A stretch of DNA of 64,000 nucleotides. It comes from Trypanosoma brucei. Lineage: Eukaryota. How positions within the stretch are numbered: the stretch's first letter is position 1; each line of letters opens with the position of its first letter. The position numbers and the translations under genes are program-made. The stretch covers positions 160,001 to 224,000 of the forward strand of contig CM000208.1 in NCBI GenBank assembly GCA_000002445.1, given 5' to 3'. Below are positions 19,153 to 29,599 of this stretch, one piece after another. Under the pieces are notes generated by a model, which worked only from the letters and a program-made list of their open reading frames with translations, did not search any database and was not told the DNA's origin.

Positions 19153-19938
19153 ATGCTACCGTGGCTATTATTTATCAACGCCATAACATTTGCTGCACTT
19201 TTAATTGCAGTTGCGGTTCCTCCGCTCTACTTTCAGTTCGGAAATGCCAACGATACCCCGACGGACAGTTATCCTGCAGGTAATAGCTTTCCAGGACGTA
19301 ACGCAGAGGGTGAAATCGTGTGGCAGAGACTTTATATACTGTTTGCTGTACCACTGTGCGGGTGCCTGAACGGTTTATTTTTGTACTTTACTTATTATCG
19401 TCATATGAGACATATGCAGTTCAGAGTCGAACTCTGCTGCACAGAACAGAGAAATTTGAAAACGGCACTCTTCGTTTTTCTACATAAAAAGAAAAAGCCA
19501 TCCGGTATGTTTAGCGAGAGTGAAGAAGAGGGTAATTTTTCGGCAGATCTCGAAGGTAATTGGCGACTGCCGGGCGACAGTTTCATTAGAGGATCGTTCG
19601 CTTTCCAACCGAAAGAAGGCAAGGCGCCGCCTATACGTACGGAAGGACTATCACATCGTGCTTACTCCACCACGCCGTGGCTTCCGGAACTGCGAGAACT
19701 ACAAGATATAATTGCAAGCGTGTTTATTCAACGCGCTGACAAATTGCGGGACGAGGTTATGGAACTCCTTCATGAGACAGTTTTGATGCATATTGAAAGA
19801 GACAAGGGATTGACTGAGAGGAGTATACAAAAGTCTATTCTTTTATTGCTGCAACAGAAGGAGGAACTGAGTGTTCCAGTTATGACCAAGTGCTTGAAAC
19901 AGATAGAAATAGAAGGATTTAGTAAAGTCGTGTCATGA
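19153..19938 (+). CDS. Hypothetical membrane protein, 261 aa, with two N-terminal hydrophobic helices and a C-terminal helical region.
   Basis: ATG-initiated ORF on the same strand as its neighbours; LLFINAITFAALLIAVAVPPLYF and LYILFAVPLCGCLNGLFLYFTYY are hydrophobic segments. Confidence 0.5.
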   Translation: MLPWLLFINAITFAALLIAVAVPPLYFQFGNANDTPTDSYPAGNSFPGRNAEGEIVWQRLYILFAVPLCGCLNGLFLYFTYYRHMRHMQFRVELCCTEQRNLKTALFVFLHKKKKPSGMFSESEEEGNFSADLEGNWRLPGDSFIRGSFAFQPKEGKAPPIRTEGLSHRAYSTTPWLPELRELQDIIASVFIQRADKLRDEVMELLHETVLMHIERDKGLTERSIQKSILLLLQQKEELSVPVMTKCLKQIEIEGFSKVVS

Positions 19939-20598
19939 TTGAGGGTTTTGAATCCCCCTTTTCCGTCACCGTATGTTTCGTGTACCTCAGTGTCCCACAT
20001 ATGATAGGAAGTGTTTCCGTATTTATTCATCACAAACACTCACTTTTTTTATCCGAAGGGGCAAGTTTTCGGAGTCGGTTGCTCAAAAAGAGTAAAGCAC
20101 TTGACATTCTGCGGGTCCGTTTAAGTATGTGTGAGTGAATGTGTTGAGTGTATCTTTGTTATGTTTGCATTAAAATGGAAATGACACAAAGGTGTCGCCG
20201 CCGTGACCGCAGAAAATGTCATTGCATCAAATGCTGCGAGTGTAACGACAGATGGTGGTAATGGGTTACCAATAGTCGTGATTGGGGAGAGGATTCGTAC
20301 GATAGCAGTTAACTATTTTTTCTTTCATCTTTTCTATGTATCTCCCCCGTTTACTTATTTATTTTTTTACCATCTCGGTGGGGGCATGATCTTCCAACGT
20401 GAAATATTCGAGAGACGCCAATAAAACGTGGTACCAATCTTTGTGTTTTTATGTGACGCATACCTCTACTGCATATCTTGATGTCCGTGGCGACGCAGCC
20501 TCAATGCCTACGTGAATACGACATCCGCCGCTCATATCATCCCTGCAATTTTTTTCTTAATGCGCAGTGCTTATTGTAGGAAGCCCTCAAGTGGCTTT

Positions 20599-21459
20599 AT
20601 GGCTCATTCAAATGTTGTAGTGGCTTTACTTTCGCTTGTGGCGCTGCATTTCGTGCCCTACTACATCCAGGGCACTGTTAGTGCCGACAGTGGATCTAAT
20701 ACCACTGTGGGATTCCGTTGTATGAGGCCTTTTGCTTCGCTCCCACGCTTTTCTTCAACTTCCATGGACGCAGCGGAAAATTGTAAGTTTAAACGATATA
20801 ACGTACTCAATGCTTCCGCTGTTGTGAAATGTGAGTCCACTGGAAACGCTACGGGGAAGGCTGAACCAACTGCTGTCACTTCGACTTGCAGTGTGACGAT
20901 TCATGCCGCATTCCGTACGATGGGTGGCGGTAAAGATGACAATGCAGACGCGGCGGACGTATACAGGTATTCTCTGCAGCTTCGTGCAATTAATAACAGT
21001 GTGGTGCACTACAAGGGCTTCGACCAGAATGGTTATGGCTTGTGCTGCAGTTTCATTGAAGGGGCGAAATGCACGTGGGAGGAGCGGGAGACCTCTGGAG
21101 TACAGGAGGCTAAACAAGAAGTTAATGCCACGACCTCACAGGCACCCACAGTTAAGGAACCTGCGGTTGTGTCATGCCCACTTCATCATGGGGAAGAGGA
21201 GCATATCGCCTTTCGCGGTAGCACCGTCAAGCCGCTTCACCGCCTTGTAGTGGGAAATTGGGAGGCACGGCTGGAGTTTTGGCGGGGTGGGCCCTCCAAC
21301 CGCGAGGTACTTGGCCGTTTGTTAGTGCCATTTCGACTGACGGATGAGAATATTGCGCAGGGAAACAATAACACGATTACGGAGCGGTCCGACCATACAA
21401 CCGCTGTTGTTGTTGTTGCTGAGCAGGGCCAACTGACGGGAAGCCGTGGGGACCTTTGA
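20599..21459 (+). CDS. Putative secreted or surface glycoprotein with an N-terminal signal peptide and seven N-x-S/T sequons; the start could alternatively be 20560.
   Basis: MAHSNVVVALLSLVALHFVPYYIQGTVSA reads as a signal peptide. Sequons are NTT, NAS, NAT, NNS, NAT, NNT and NNTIT. There are several Cys and no C-terminal hydrophobic or GPI-like tail. The track start 20512 is GTG. Confidence 0.5.
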   Translation: MAHSNVVVALLSLVALHFVPYYIQGTVSADSGSNTTVGFRCMRPFASLPRFSSTSMDAAENCKFKRYNVLNASAVVKCESTGNATGKAEPTAVTSTCSVTIHAAFRTMGGGKDDNADAADVYRYSLQLRAINNSVVHYKGFDQNGYGLCCSFIEGAKCTWEERETSGVQEAKQEVNATTSQAPTVKEPAVVSCPLHHGEEEHIAFRGSTVKPLHRLVVGNWEARLEFWRGGPSNREVLGRLLVPFRLTDENIAQGNNNTITERSDHTTAVVVVAEQGQLTGSRGDL

Positions 21460-22290
21460 TGTGGTTCCGCACGATTCCGTGATTGCTGTGAAGATCGAAA
21501 ATGGCACTGTGTATACTTGACGAAGCATGAGAGCACCACTAGAAGATGTTGGCAGATAACATTGACTGCCGTCATCTCTGGTGAAGAGGGGCTTAATGGG
21601 AATGATGGATGTTGCTGTGTGTAACATATGCACAGCGCGCGTGTGACTTCTGGTTTTTTTTCGGTGTTACTTATCTTTGATTGCGGCTTTTCCTTTTTAA
21701 AAAAGAATACTTTCGATACGCTGTTCGTGTGTTGGTTGCGAACCACAGACTTTCTTGTTCTCTTTTTTCTTTGCTAAACTCCAATAGCTATTCTTTCATT
21801 CCGTAAGAGGCTTCAGCTGCAATTCACACACTGGGGGAAAAGGGGACCTTTGAGGTGGGAGATTGTGCGACTTCCACGTTACCCTTTCGTAAGAAATTGA
21901 TAGATCCCTCCAGACGCGCCCCTTACCTGTAGAAATCATACACAAACCATATACGCACGCTCCGCCATTGTCTTCTAAAGAGGAGGAGAATAAACAGTTT
22001 TGACAGTTTTTCTTTCACAAGTGCTCAGTGAGGTGTTTAAGAGCTGTCATTTCTGATACTAAGTAACAGTACTGTGCCGAAGGGAAAGAATACTTGGTTG
22101 CTGCAACTAAGAAGGGTGGTTGTTACCATTGACGTACACGGGAGAAGAGAGACTGTGACGTGGAACGGTACCTGAATTTCCCGGTTTGGCGACTCGTGGA
22201 GTTTCTCTGTAAGCTATTGTCGCGATACTATACCTCGTTTTTTTCTTAGGTCCAGCAGGTGCTTCAGCAGTTCGACTATCCAGCTGAGCA

Positions 22291-25200
22291 ATGCCAAAGA
22301 AGAGTGAACCGGTCGCACCCGTCACCTCTGCGCGTTCCAGCTCACCCACTTGCAGGCCCCCTGTTCATCCAAGTTCTTTGGGGGAATGGGTAAATGATTC
22401 CGTTAATCAGGAGAATGTAAAGGGTGAGGCTGCCAACAGGTTTCATCCAGAGAGCATGCGGGGCGTAGACTCGCTTTTCTACCGACCACCTGTTCAACAG
22501 ATGAAGACCCCGCCACGTGGAGGTCCTCTTGGGGAGGTAAATGCGGACCCACTCGGTGAACTTGAGGCAATACTCACGTATGTGGAGCACGTTACCGTTT
22601 CTCTCACACGGCGCGAGCGCGTCTCTCCACCACCGGAATCCTTGCGCACGCTGCATGGCTCACTTGTCACGTTCCGTCGCGCGGTAAACACGTCGGACCG
22701 TGAGAGCACAACAAGGCGGGCACTCGCTGCGGAGCTTCACGACCAAGCGGCCACTTTACTTGCGTGGATTGCAAGACTGGAGTACGTATCGATTTCACAA
22801 AGCATTTCCTTAAGGGAGCTGGAGAAGGAGGTTGGTGCATCGGCAGCAAACATCGATGCTGTACTCGATGCCATAGAGGTGCGTTACCGCAATCACGACG
22901 TGGCGGATGTACAAGAGTTCTTCATGGGGAGCAGGGAGACTTTGAAAAGCTGCCGCAGCGCCGTCAGTGATCTAGTAGGAGGCGCACGTAAGGTGCTCGT
23001 GCTGCGTCGTGCTGTGGCCTCACGAGAAGCAGTGCGTGTTAAGGAGCTGTTTGGTGAGTATTGGGGAAACAAGGGCGGGGGAGGGACAGTGCGGATTGTA
23101 TGCCCGTTTGTTGATTGGGTGGAGAAGAGTTGGTTTCCTGCGATAGAAAAGTGGGAGGCGATCGTTTCGGGGGCAAAAAAGGAGGCGGAGTTGGGTGACG
23201 TTAAGGGCGCGTTCGCTCGCGCGCAGCGGCTGGCGTTGACGGAAAGCAGTATGATAGGTAAGATCATTCAACCCGGTGAGACGTTATCTGAACTCCTGCA
23301 CCAGTACCTGGAGGAGCCCCTTGCAGCGGTGGAGCAATCCCTAAAACGGAGGAAGAGCCGTATGGAGGCGTTGCGGGTGGCCATGACAACCAAGGATGGG
23401 AAGAGGTTGGCGGAATGTCTCTGTGCTGTCGAGGAGTTGCGCGCTGGAAAAGAACTGTCAGCCGAAGACACTGAACTAGCGGAGAAGGCAAGGAAGCAGA
23501 TTGTACATCTACAGCAGGTAGGGAATATAACGATGGCTTTGCGCTTGGCTGTTCAGGCGGGCGAAACGGTAACTCTCTTTCGTACAATTCATCAGGCGAA
23601 TGAGCTTTTGTTGCAACTTGGCATTGTGGGTAACCCCGAGGCCGGTGAAGAGACGGTTCAGCGCTGTAATACCTTGCTTAGGGAAATGCAGAATCTTCCC
23701 TCTGGAGTGTCGCTCACAGACTTCGTTGTGAAGCGTGTGAACCCTATGAAAATGAACCTTGCGCACGTGCCCTCGCACGTTTGGACGTCGGAAACAACGG
23801 CAGCGTACCAAGCGGCCTGGCAGCGGCTTGCTACCCGGGCGATGCAAGGTCTTTGTCGCTTTCAACACGAAAGTGATCCTGAATCTGATAGCGGTACTGC
23901 CCATGGTCTACACACAAGGAGCAATAGTGGGTTGAGTTGCGGGTCGCACAGCGTCAGGGGAGGCGGAAATGCGATCGCGGCGTTCACACGTACGCGGACT
24001 CAACAAACTGAGGTGGGAAATCCACAAAATGAATGGTCACATGTACAATTTGGTTCATGGGTCGAACCAGCAGCAAGCGAACGAGCACTAGCAGGAAGGG
24101 CGCGTTCCTCTGATGTGGATGGATTTAAGCTCAAGATCCACTTCGAGGCGCAGTTGCGCGTGCTGCGAATCCAAGGAACTGAAACGTGCACCTTTGATGA
24201 AGTGTATAAGAGGGTGCACGACTTGTGCACACAGCAGACGGCGCTGCATCATCGACCAGCGGGGCAGAAACTCCGGTTACGATATGAAGATGCTGAAGGA
24301 GACTGTATATCCCTGCTTACGCAGGAAGACTGGAACGTATTTATTAGTGAACAAGCACCTAGCGGACTGCGTGGTGCAAAACTAGAGATCTACTGTGACT
24401 TCCCGCCGGTACCCTCCCAAAGTACACTCGATCGTACGCCGCTTTCAACTACTTCAAAGGACGGAGGAAGCAGCCCAACCGTTAAGAATACCCCTCAGAC
24501 CACCACATCTGCGCGGTTAGCGACGGGCGGTACACAGATGAAACCGCTATTAGAGTCGGACCAAGCTAAGGGTGCCAAACCATCACGGTGTCAGAGTGCC
24601 GGCATTGCTCACCGTAGGGGAAATGGTGTTTCTAGATTAGTGTCGAACAGACGAGTTTCCCATGACGATTTCCATGTTCCGAAGCAGACTCCAAAAACGC
24701 CTGCAGGCATGGGAACTTCTGCAGATGGTGGAAAGGATGCGCTTGAGATTGGGGTCCCAAGAGACTTCGACGCAGCAGTCCACGAGAGGGAAGTGCCAAA
24801 AAGGATTGGCGCGGCACCTTCAGTGTCGTATACGCAACCTCGCGCGTTTCCTGTGAAGCAAACAACCTCCTCTGGTAACGCTATGCGTGTCTCACCTAAG
24901 GTTGGGAGGCCGTTGGGAACTGCAGCTGAAGCGAAGAAGTTACGAACCCCACCAAAGTTAGTTGGAGGTGACGTGAAAAATGCAGTGCGTGGAGCTGGAC
25001 TTGCGGGGAACCTGGCGGTAGAGGAACCGGTTGAGGCCATTGAAGCTAAGAAGTGGAAGGATGATGAGACGGGAATGGAGTCGGATGTTGTTACCTCAAC
25101 TATAAGCCAAGCACGAACCCCCATTTCGCAAAGGAAAGCTCCTTCCAGGGTGGTGTCTGCCATGAAGCAAACTGTCCCTAGAAGCGCAGTAACTGGGCAC

Positions 25201-25542
25201 CATGTCAATTCCCGCGTCAGAAACGCACCCGTGGGTGGCATACCGTGCGATGCAGCAGTGGTGGAAGAGAAGCGTGAGTGGAGTGTATACCATTTTAGGC
25301 CAAGTGAAATTCACCCCGTGGCGAACGATCGGGAGGAAACACCGCCGTCAGTGGGAAGTCGTGTAAAAGGTGCTCTCGTTACAGAGCGTTTAAGCGGTTC
25401 TAGTTCCACCTCCATCCCGAATTCGACAACAACCCTTAATGGTGGTGCCAAGAAGGCGGAAGCTCTGATTAGGTATAGACAACTACGCGAAGAAAAGCAA
25501 AGAGCTCTTAAGGCTGCTGTTCAGAAACGAATTAGTAAGTAG
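22291..25542 (+). CDS. Large hypothetical protein, 1083 aa, with a structured-looking N-terminal half and an S/T/P/G-rich, disordered-looking C-terminal half ending in a basic coiled-coil tail.
   Basis: A 3.25-kb ATG-initiated ORF on the same strand as its neighbours. No recognisable catalytic motif. Confidence 0.7.
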   Translation: MPKKSEPVAPVTSARSSSPTCRPPVHPSSLGEWVNDSVNQENVKGEAANRFHPESMRGVDSLFYRPPVQQMKTPPRGGPLGEVNADPLGELEAILTYVEHVTVSLTRRERVSPPPESLRTLHGSLVTFRRAVNTSDRESTTRRALAAELHDQAATLLAWIARLEYVSISQSISLRELEKEVGASAANIDAVLDAIEVRYRNHDVADVQEFFMGSRETLKSCRSAVSDLVGGARKVLVLRRAVASREAVRVKELFGEYWGNKGGGGTVRIVCPFVDWVEKSWFPAIEKWEAIVSGAKKEAELGDVKGAFARAQRLALTESSMIGKIIQPGETLSELLHQYLEEPLAAVEQSLKRRKSRMEALRVAMTTKDGKRLAECLCAVEELRAGKELSAEDTELAEKARKQIVHLQQVGNITMALRLAVQAGETVTLFRTIHQANELLLQLGIVGNPEAGEETVQRCNTLLREMQNLPSGVSLTDFVVKRVNPMKMNLAHVPSHVWTSETTAAYQAAWQRLATRAMQGLCRFQHESDPESDSGTAHGLHTRSNSGLSCGSHSVRGGGNAIAAFTRTRTQQTEVGNPQNEWSHVQFGSWVEPAASERALAGRARSSDVDGFKLKIHFEAQLRVLRIQGTETCTFDEVYKRVHDLCTQQTALHHRPAGQKLRLRYEDAEGDCISLLTQEDWNVFISEQAPSGLRGAKLEIYCDFPPVPSQSTLDRTPLSTTSKDGGSSPTVKNTPQTTTSARLATGGTQMKPLLESDQAKGAKPSRCQSAGIAHRRGNGVSRLVSNRRVSHDDFHVPKQTPKTPAGMGTSADGGKDALEIGVPRDFDAAVHEREVPKRIGAAPSVSYTQPRAFPVKQTTSSGNAMRVSPKVGRPLGTAAEAKKLRTPPKLVGGDVKNAVRGAGLAGNLAVEEPVEAIEAKKWKDDETGMESDVVTSTISQARTPISQRKAPSRVVSAMKQTVPRSAVTGHHVNSRVRNAPVGGIPCDAAVVEEKREWSVYHFRPSEIHPVANDREETPPSVGSRVKGALVTERLSGSSSTSIPNSTTTLNGGAKKAEALIRYRQLREEKQRALKAAVQKRISK

Positions 25543-26530
25543 AGTACTTGAATGCCTTATATCGTGCTTGTACTATTTCTGATCCCCTCTGTAGCATTCA
25601 CTATCATCACGTTGCAAGGTACATGTTACCCGTATGTTTGTACGAGTAATATATGTGCATTCAGATACAACCGTTGCGGATGTACCAATTGTCGACGAAA
25701 GATTTCGTTAGTAATTCTATACCATTTTTTTCCTTTTTTTTTTCGGAGTGGTGTTGGTCATGCTGTCTCTTTTTCCGTTTGTGTGTGTTGTGTATGCCTT
25801 AAAACAAGGTGTGGTGGTTTTTGTGGAAGCAGAGTGCTTTAACGCTCTCGCGTTTTCTTGTACGCGCCACTTCGGTATTTTCGTTTTGTTTGCCTTTGTT
25901 TGTTTTCCCTCTTCTCTTTTTCACTTTTTTTGTTTCAGTTATAAAAATAATTTTTTTTTTCAATATTCCCTCACCGTTTATTGATATATGGTAGCTTCCA
26001 CAATGCTTTGAAGGTTGTGAAGGGGGTTAACTAGGGGCTGCTTAAGGTTGTACGCGGAGTGATTTAAAAAAGATAATAAATTGTGAAAAGGGGGACGCGG
26101 TTGTGCGTGTCACCCCGATTTAAAGATTTCACATACATACCACCACTTAAGGAGTGAGTACATCAGGGAAAAGGGACTCAAGCGAATTGCGGGTAAGGTG
26201 CCTCTCACGTGACGTTGTTAGATGCTGCTGGTGTCGCTACTGTTAGGATATCTACACGACCTCTCGCTATTGTTCAATTTGGTTATTTTACTTCGTTTTC
26301 TTTTGTCCGAGTTGTCGGGATTCGTTGCATTCTTCTTAACAGTGGATATTCTGTTGTATTTTTTAACTTTCCTGGCGTTTTCATTAGTTTCGCTGCTTTC
26401 CTTTAAAATTTTTTTTGTGCACCTGGAACGGCTAGTTTGCTCATATACATTTTTGTGACTGTAGCTGTGTTTGTCTGAAGTTCTAGCTGACACTCAACGG
26501 GGATTTTTATTGATATTGTAGAGAGAATTC

Positions 26531-27937
26531 ATGTCGTCCACGCCCGAGGTTGCGGATGCGCTCTTCCACGTGCGAAAAACGGGATTCGTAGATGAAACCA
26601 TGACGCAGGTGCTTGAGCAGCTTTTTGACTGCCCGCAGCATGGAAGGGTGTTGGAGACCTATATGAGGGGAAGGCACGAGGACATCTGCATGGTGCTGAT
26701 CAAAACGCTTGCAACTACGCATAATAAAAGCACTCTTGGTGTTCTGTTGCGGTTGTTTGCGGATCTCGCTCGATCGTCAACCGTAATGGGAAAGACGCTG
26801 GGACTGTGTTCATCAGTGCTGGTAGACCAGGAAGACCCCGTTCAGATGTTCCTTTACCTCGCCACCACACACAGTCGCGACCGAATGATTTCAGACCCCG
26901 CCCTGTATTTAGCTGCGACGACGTTGCGGTATGCCGATCCGAAGCTTAATGAGGAGTCGTTGGAGCGTTTCTTTGCTATTGTGAACGAGTCCCTTTCGGT
27001 TAACCCGTTACAGGTTGAAGCGGTTAGCTTTACAGTTCATAACTGCGCGATTATGGCCCACGCGAAAGCGCTACGCCACTACTTCTTTGACAACAAACTG
27101 GTGCAATACTTTCCACGGCTTCTTACTGACACCATAGGCGATGATGCAGCGAGTCTTGTTCAGTTGACATACGAGGTGCTGGTTGTGACGTGGTTACTCT
27201 CCTATGAGGTTGACGGGGTCGTCTCCCTGCAGGAACACAAGATGTTGCCACATATTCACCGTGTTATACAACGTATGCAAAAAGAGAAATGTATCCGCGT
27301 CGCGTTGATGGTCCTTTGGAATTTCGTGCAGGCGGAGCGCCAGTACATGGACGCAGTGACCAATCCTTCCGACGCCACATGGGTTTCGGACGAAATATTT
27401 AAACTTGCGCGAGTGAATGGAGGAAAGGGTCCCTCCTTTATTGCTGAGATGGTGGGTGTTGGAATGTTGAAGACGCTAACTCAGCTTGCTCGCCGTAAGT
27501 TTGGTGACGAGGATATAAGTGAACTCATACAAGACTTGCTGAATGTGCTTGAAAACAGCATGGAAACCTTAACTAGCTTCTCGGAATACCGTGGTGAAGT
27601 ACTTAGCGGGTCTCTTGAGTGGACTCCAGTGCACACCTGTGCGAAATTTTGGCAGAGCAATATTATGCAGTTTGAGAAAAACGGCTATGAGGTGCTGGAA
27701 GCATTGGGTAATATAATTATGAATTCCACCAACAGCCTTACTCTCGCTGTTGCATGCCATGACATTGGTGAGATTGTCCGGCATCACCCAACAGGCCGTG
27801 CGCTGCTGCAGTTACCGCAGTTGGAAGGTGTCATGGCTCGTGTTATGGAGCTGATGTCACACGAGACTCCTGAGGTAGCCAAAAATGCCCTTCTCTCAGT
27901 ACAGAAGATTATGGTTCAACGGTGGGAGTGCATTTAA
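26531..27937 (+). CDS. V-type proton ATPase subunit H (VMA13-like), armadillo-repeat regulatory subunit.
   Basis: The C-terminal region LTSFSEYRGEVLSGSLEWTPVHTCAKFWQSNIMQFEKNGYEVLEAL...IGEIVRHHPTGRALL aligns with yeast Vma13 (LTSFDEY..EL.S..L.WSP.H....FW..N...F.K.NY). Length 468 aa fits. Confidence 0.65.
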   Translation: MSSTPEVADALFHVRKTGFVDETMTQVLEQLFDCPQHGRVLETYMRGRHEDICMVLIKTLATTHNKSTLGVLLRLFADLARSSTVMGKTLGLCSSVLVDQEDPVQMFLYLATTHSRDRMISDPALYLAATTLRYADPKLNEESLERFFAIVNESLSVNPLQVEAVSFTVHNCAIMAHAKALRHYFFDNKLVQYFPRLLTDTIGDDAASLVQLTYEVLVVTWLLSYEVDGVVSLQEHKMLPHIHRVIQRMQKEKCIRVALMVLWNFVQAERQYMDAVTNPSDATWVSDEIFKLARVNGGKGPSFIAEMVGVGMLKTLTQLARRKFGDEDISELIQDLLNVLENSMETLTSFSEYRGEVLSGSLEWTPVHTCAKFWQSNIMQFEKNGYEVLEALGNIIMNSTNSLTLAVACHDIGEIVRHHPTGRALLQLPQLEGVMARVMELMSHETPEVAKNALLSVQKIMVQRWECI

Positions 27938-29517
27938 ATTCGGTTCCACGGGGGTTTGGAGGTGGGCAAGGAAAGCTCACGTAAGGGATGAAAATAAGAC
28001 CCACCGGGGATTGAAGGTATATGGCTTCGTTTGGTGGTGCAGCGATATTTATGAAGTTGTGATGTGGAAGGGGAGCGCCGGTATACATATATGATATGTA
28101 TACAAAAGCGTATATATATGTGTGTGTCCCTTCTATTTTCTTTCACAACTGAAGACTCTCTTTACGCTCTTTTTTGGTGTGATTCGTCCTCCTCCTTCAC
28201 TCAGTGGTGTGCTAATGAGGGATGGAGACGGTCCTACGTGTGTATTCTTTGCTATTGTTTCATGCTTAACGAAATTTTCATTGGAGGCGCCATAGTTGTT
28301 TCCGCCATTGCCCATTTTAGGTACTTTTGGTGCATGTCTTTGCTGAATTTAGGAATAAGTTACAGAACACCCCAACAAAAAGAGGGGTAAAACATTGGGT
28401 AGTATTTTAAAAAAGCAGTCGGCGGTTGTGTTTTGTTTTGTTTTCGGTCCCGTCCCATCACTCCAGAAACATCGATTTGCCGCGAAGTGGGAGAGGGGGA
28501 AAGTATATGCATCCATTTTTTTTTTTTTTTTGAGCTTCTCCCTCGACCTTCGCCTGATGTCGTTTTGGTTTGCTCATGTGGTGTAAGATAACATTTGTTC
28601 CAACGAATTACCCCCTTGTTCATGCGCGCACACTCCCATATTATAATTTGCTTTTGTGGCAGGTTGATTCACCGATGTAGTGTTGAGTGCTGAACCTGAA
28701 ACGCAGTTCCTGGAGCATACCTTACAGCCTTTCTTTCCCCTTTTTGTTAGTATTTTCTGGTATCCACTGGAAGAAAAGGGAAGATTTAGCTGAAATATTA
28801 GGTTTTAATACTAGAGCCGATGTGGGCATGCATTTGCGCATTGTGTAGTTTCCAAGCTTGGAGGGCGGCCTTTATGAGTGTTCTGTTGTATAACAGCTAT
28901 GTTTTCCCTCTTCCGTCGGTTATGCCTCTTATGTTGGGCTTCCCCTCTTGCTCTCTCTCTCTCTATCTCTCTCTCATCGGATATTGCGTCCATATTTCTA
29001 ATGTGATCAGGGTACCAGTGAGGAGTTGTAAAACAACGGTTGCACGTTTCCTTGAACATCTGCGTACCAACGTCAGCCAACTTATCATGTTAAAACTCCT
29101 TGCGGTAACCGATATTCCTTGACACGTTTTTTTTTCAGAAATTCCCTCTCTTTTCCAGCAAGTGTGCGGTTTGTTGGTTTCGTATATGTTGTTATAATGG
29201 CGCTTAGTTTCTTCCACGTCATGTGCCCTTGACTCCGGGAGCGAATAGGGCGCCAAAGATTTGATGCGGGTACATTTTAAGTAAACATATCACTAATGCT
29301 ACGGAGGAAAAGCCGAGGGTCATTTATAGGGAGTATTCGTGTCTTCATGCAAAACAGGTATCAGCCGTGGTCGATTTAATCACCATGTTTACTGAACTTG
29401 GCATATTGTTACATGTTTTTTTTTTTGTGAACAGCACGCTCATGTCACTATTTACGGCCCCAGGTAGCGGTGCGCCCTTGACATTAGTTGCTGAAGCACC
29501 AGTCTTCTTACTATCTT

Positions 29518-29570
29518 ACTCCTCTTCCTTTTGCTTCCCTTTTCCTTTTTATAACAATCAAAATATAGGA
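29518..29570 (+). promoter_or_regulatory. Long polypyrimidine tract and AG, a putative trans-splice acceptor for SMC4.
   Basis: ctcctcttccttttgcttcccttttcctttttataacaatcaaaatatag lies 30-80 nt upstream of the ATG at 29600. Confidence 0.4.
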
Positions 29571-29599
29571 AAAGTCGAACCTGAGGACACGAACGTGGG

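Noticed and set aside
26530-26533. A one-nucleotide disagreement between my in-line counting and the ORF track for the V-ATPase H start (ATG counted at 26530-26532; track gives 26531).
   Set aside because: It is most likely a counting or formatting artefact, not a biological feature such as a frameshift. The protein reads continuously in one frame, so the track coordinates were kept.
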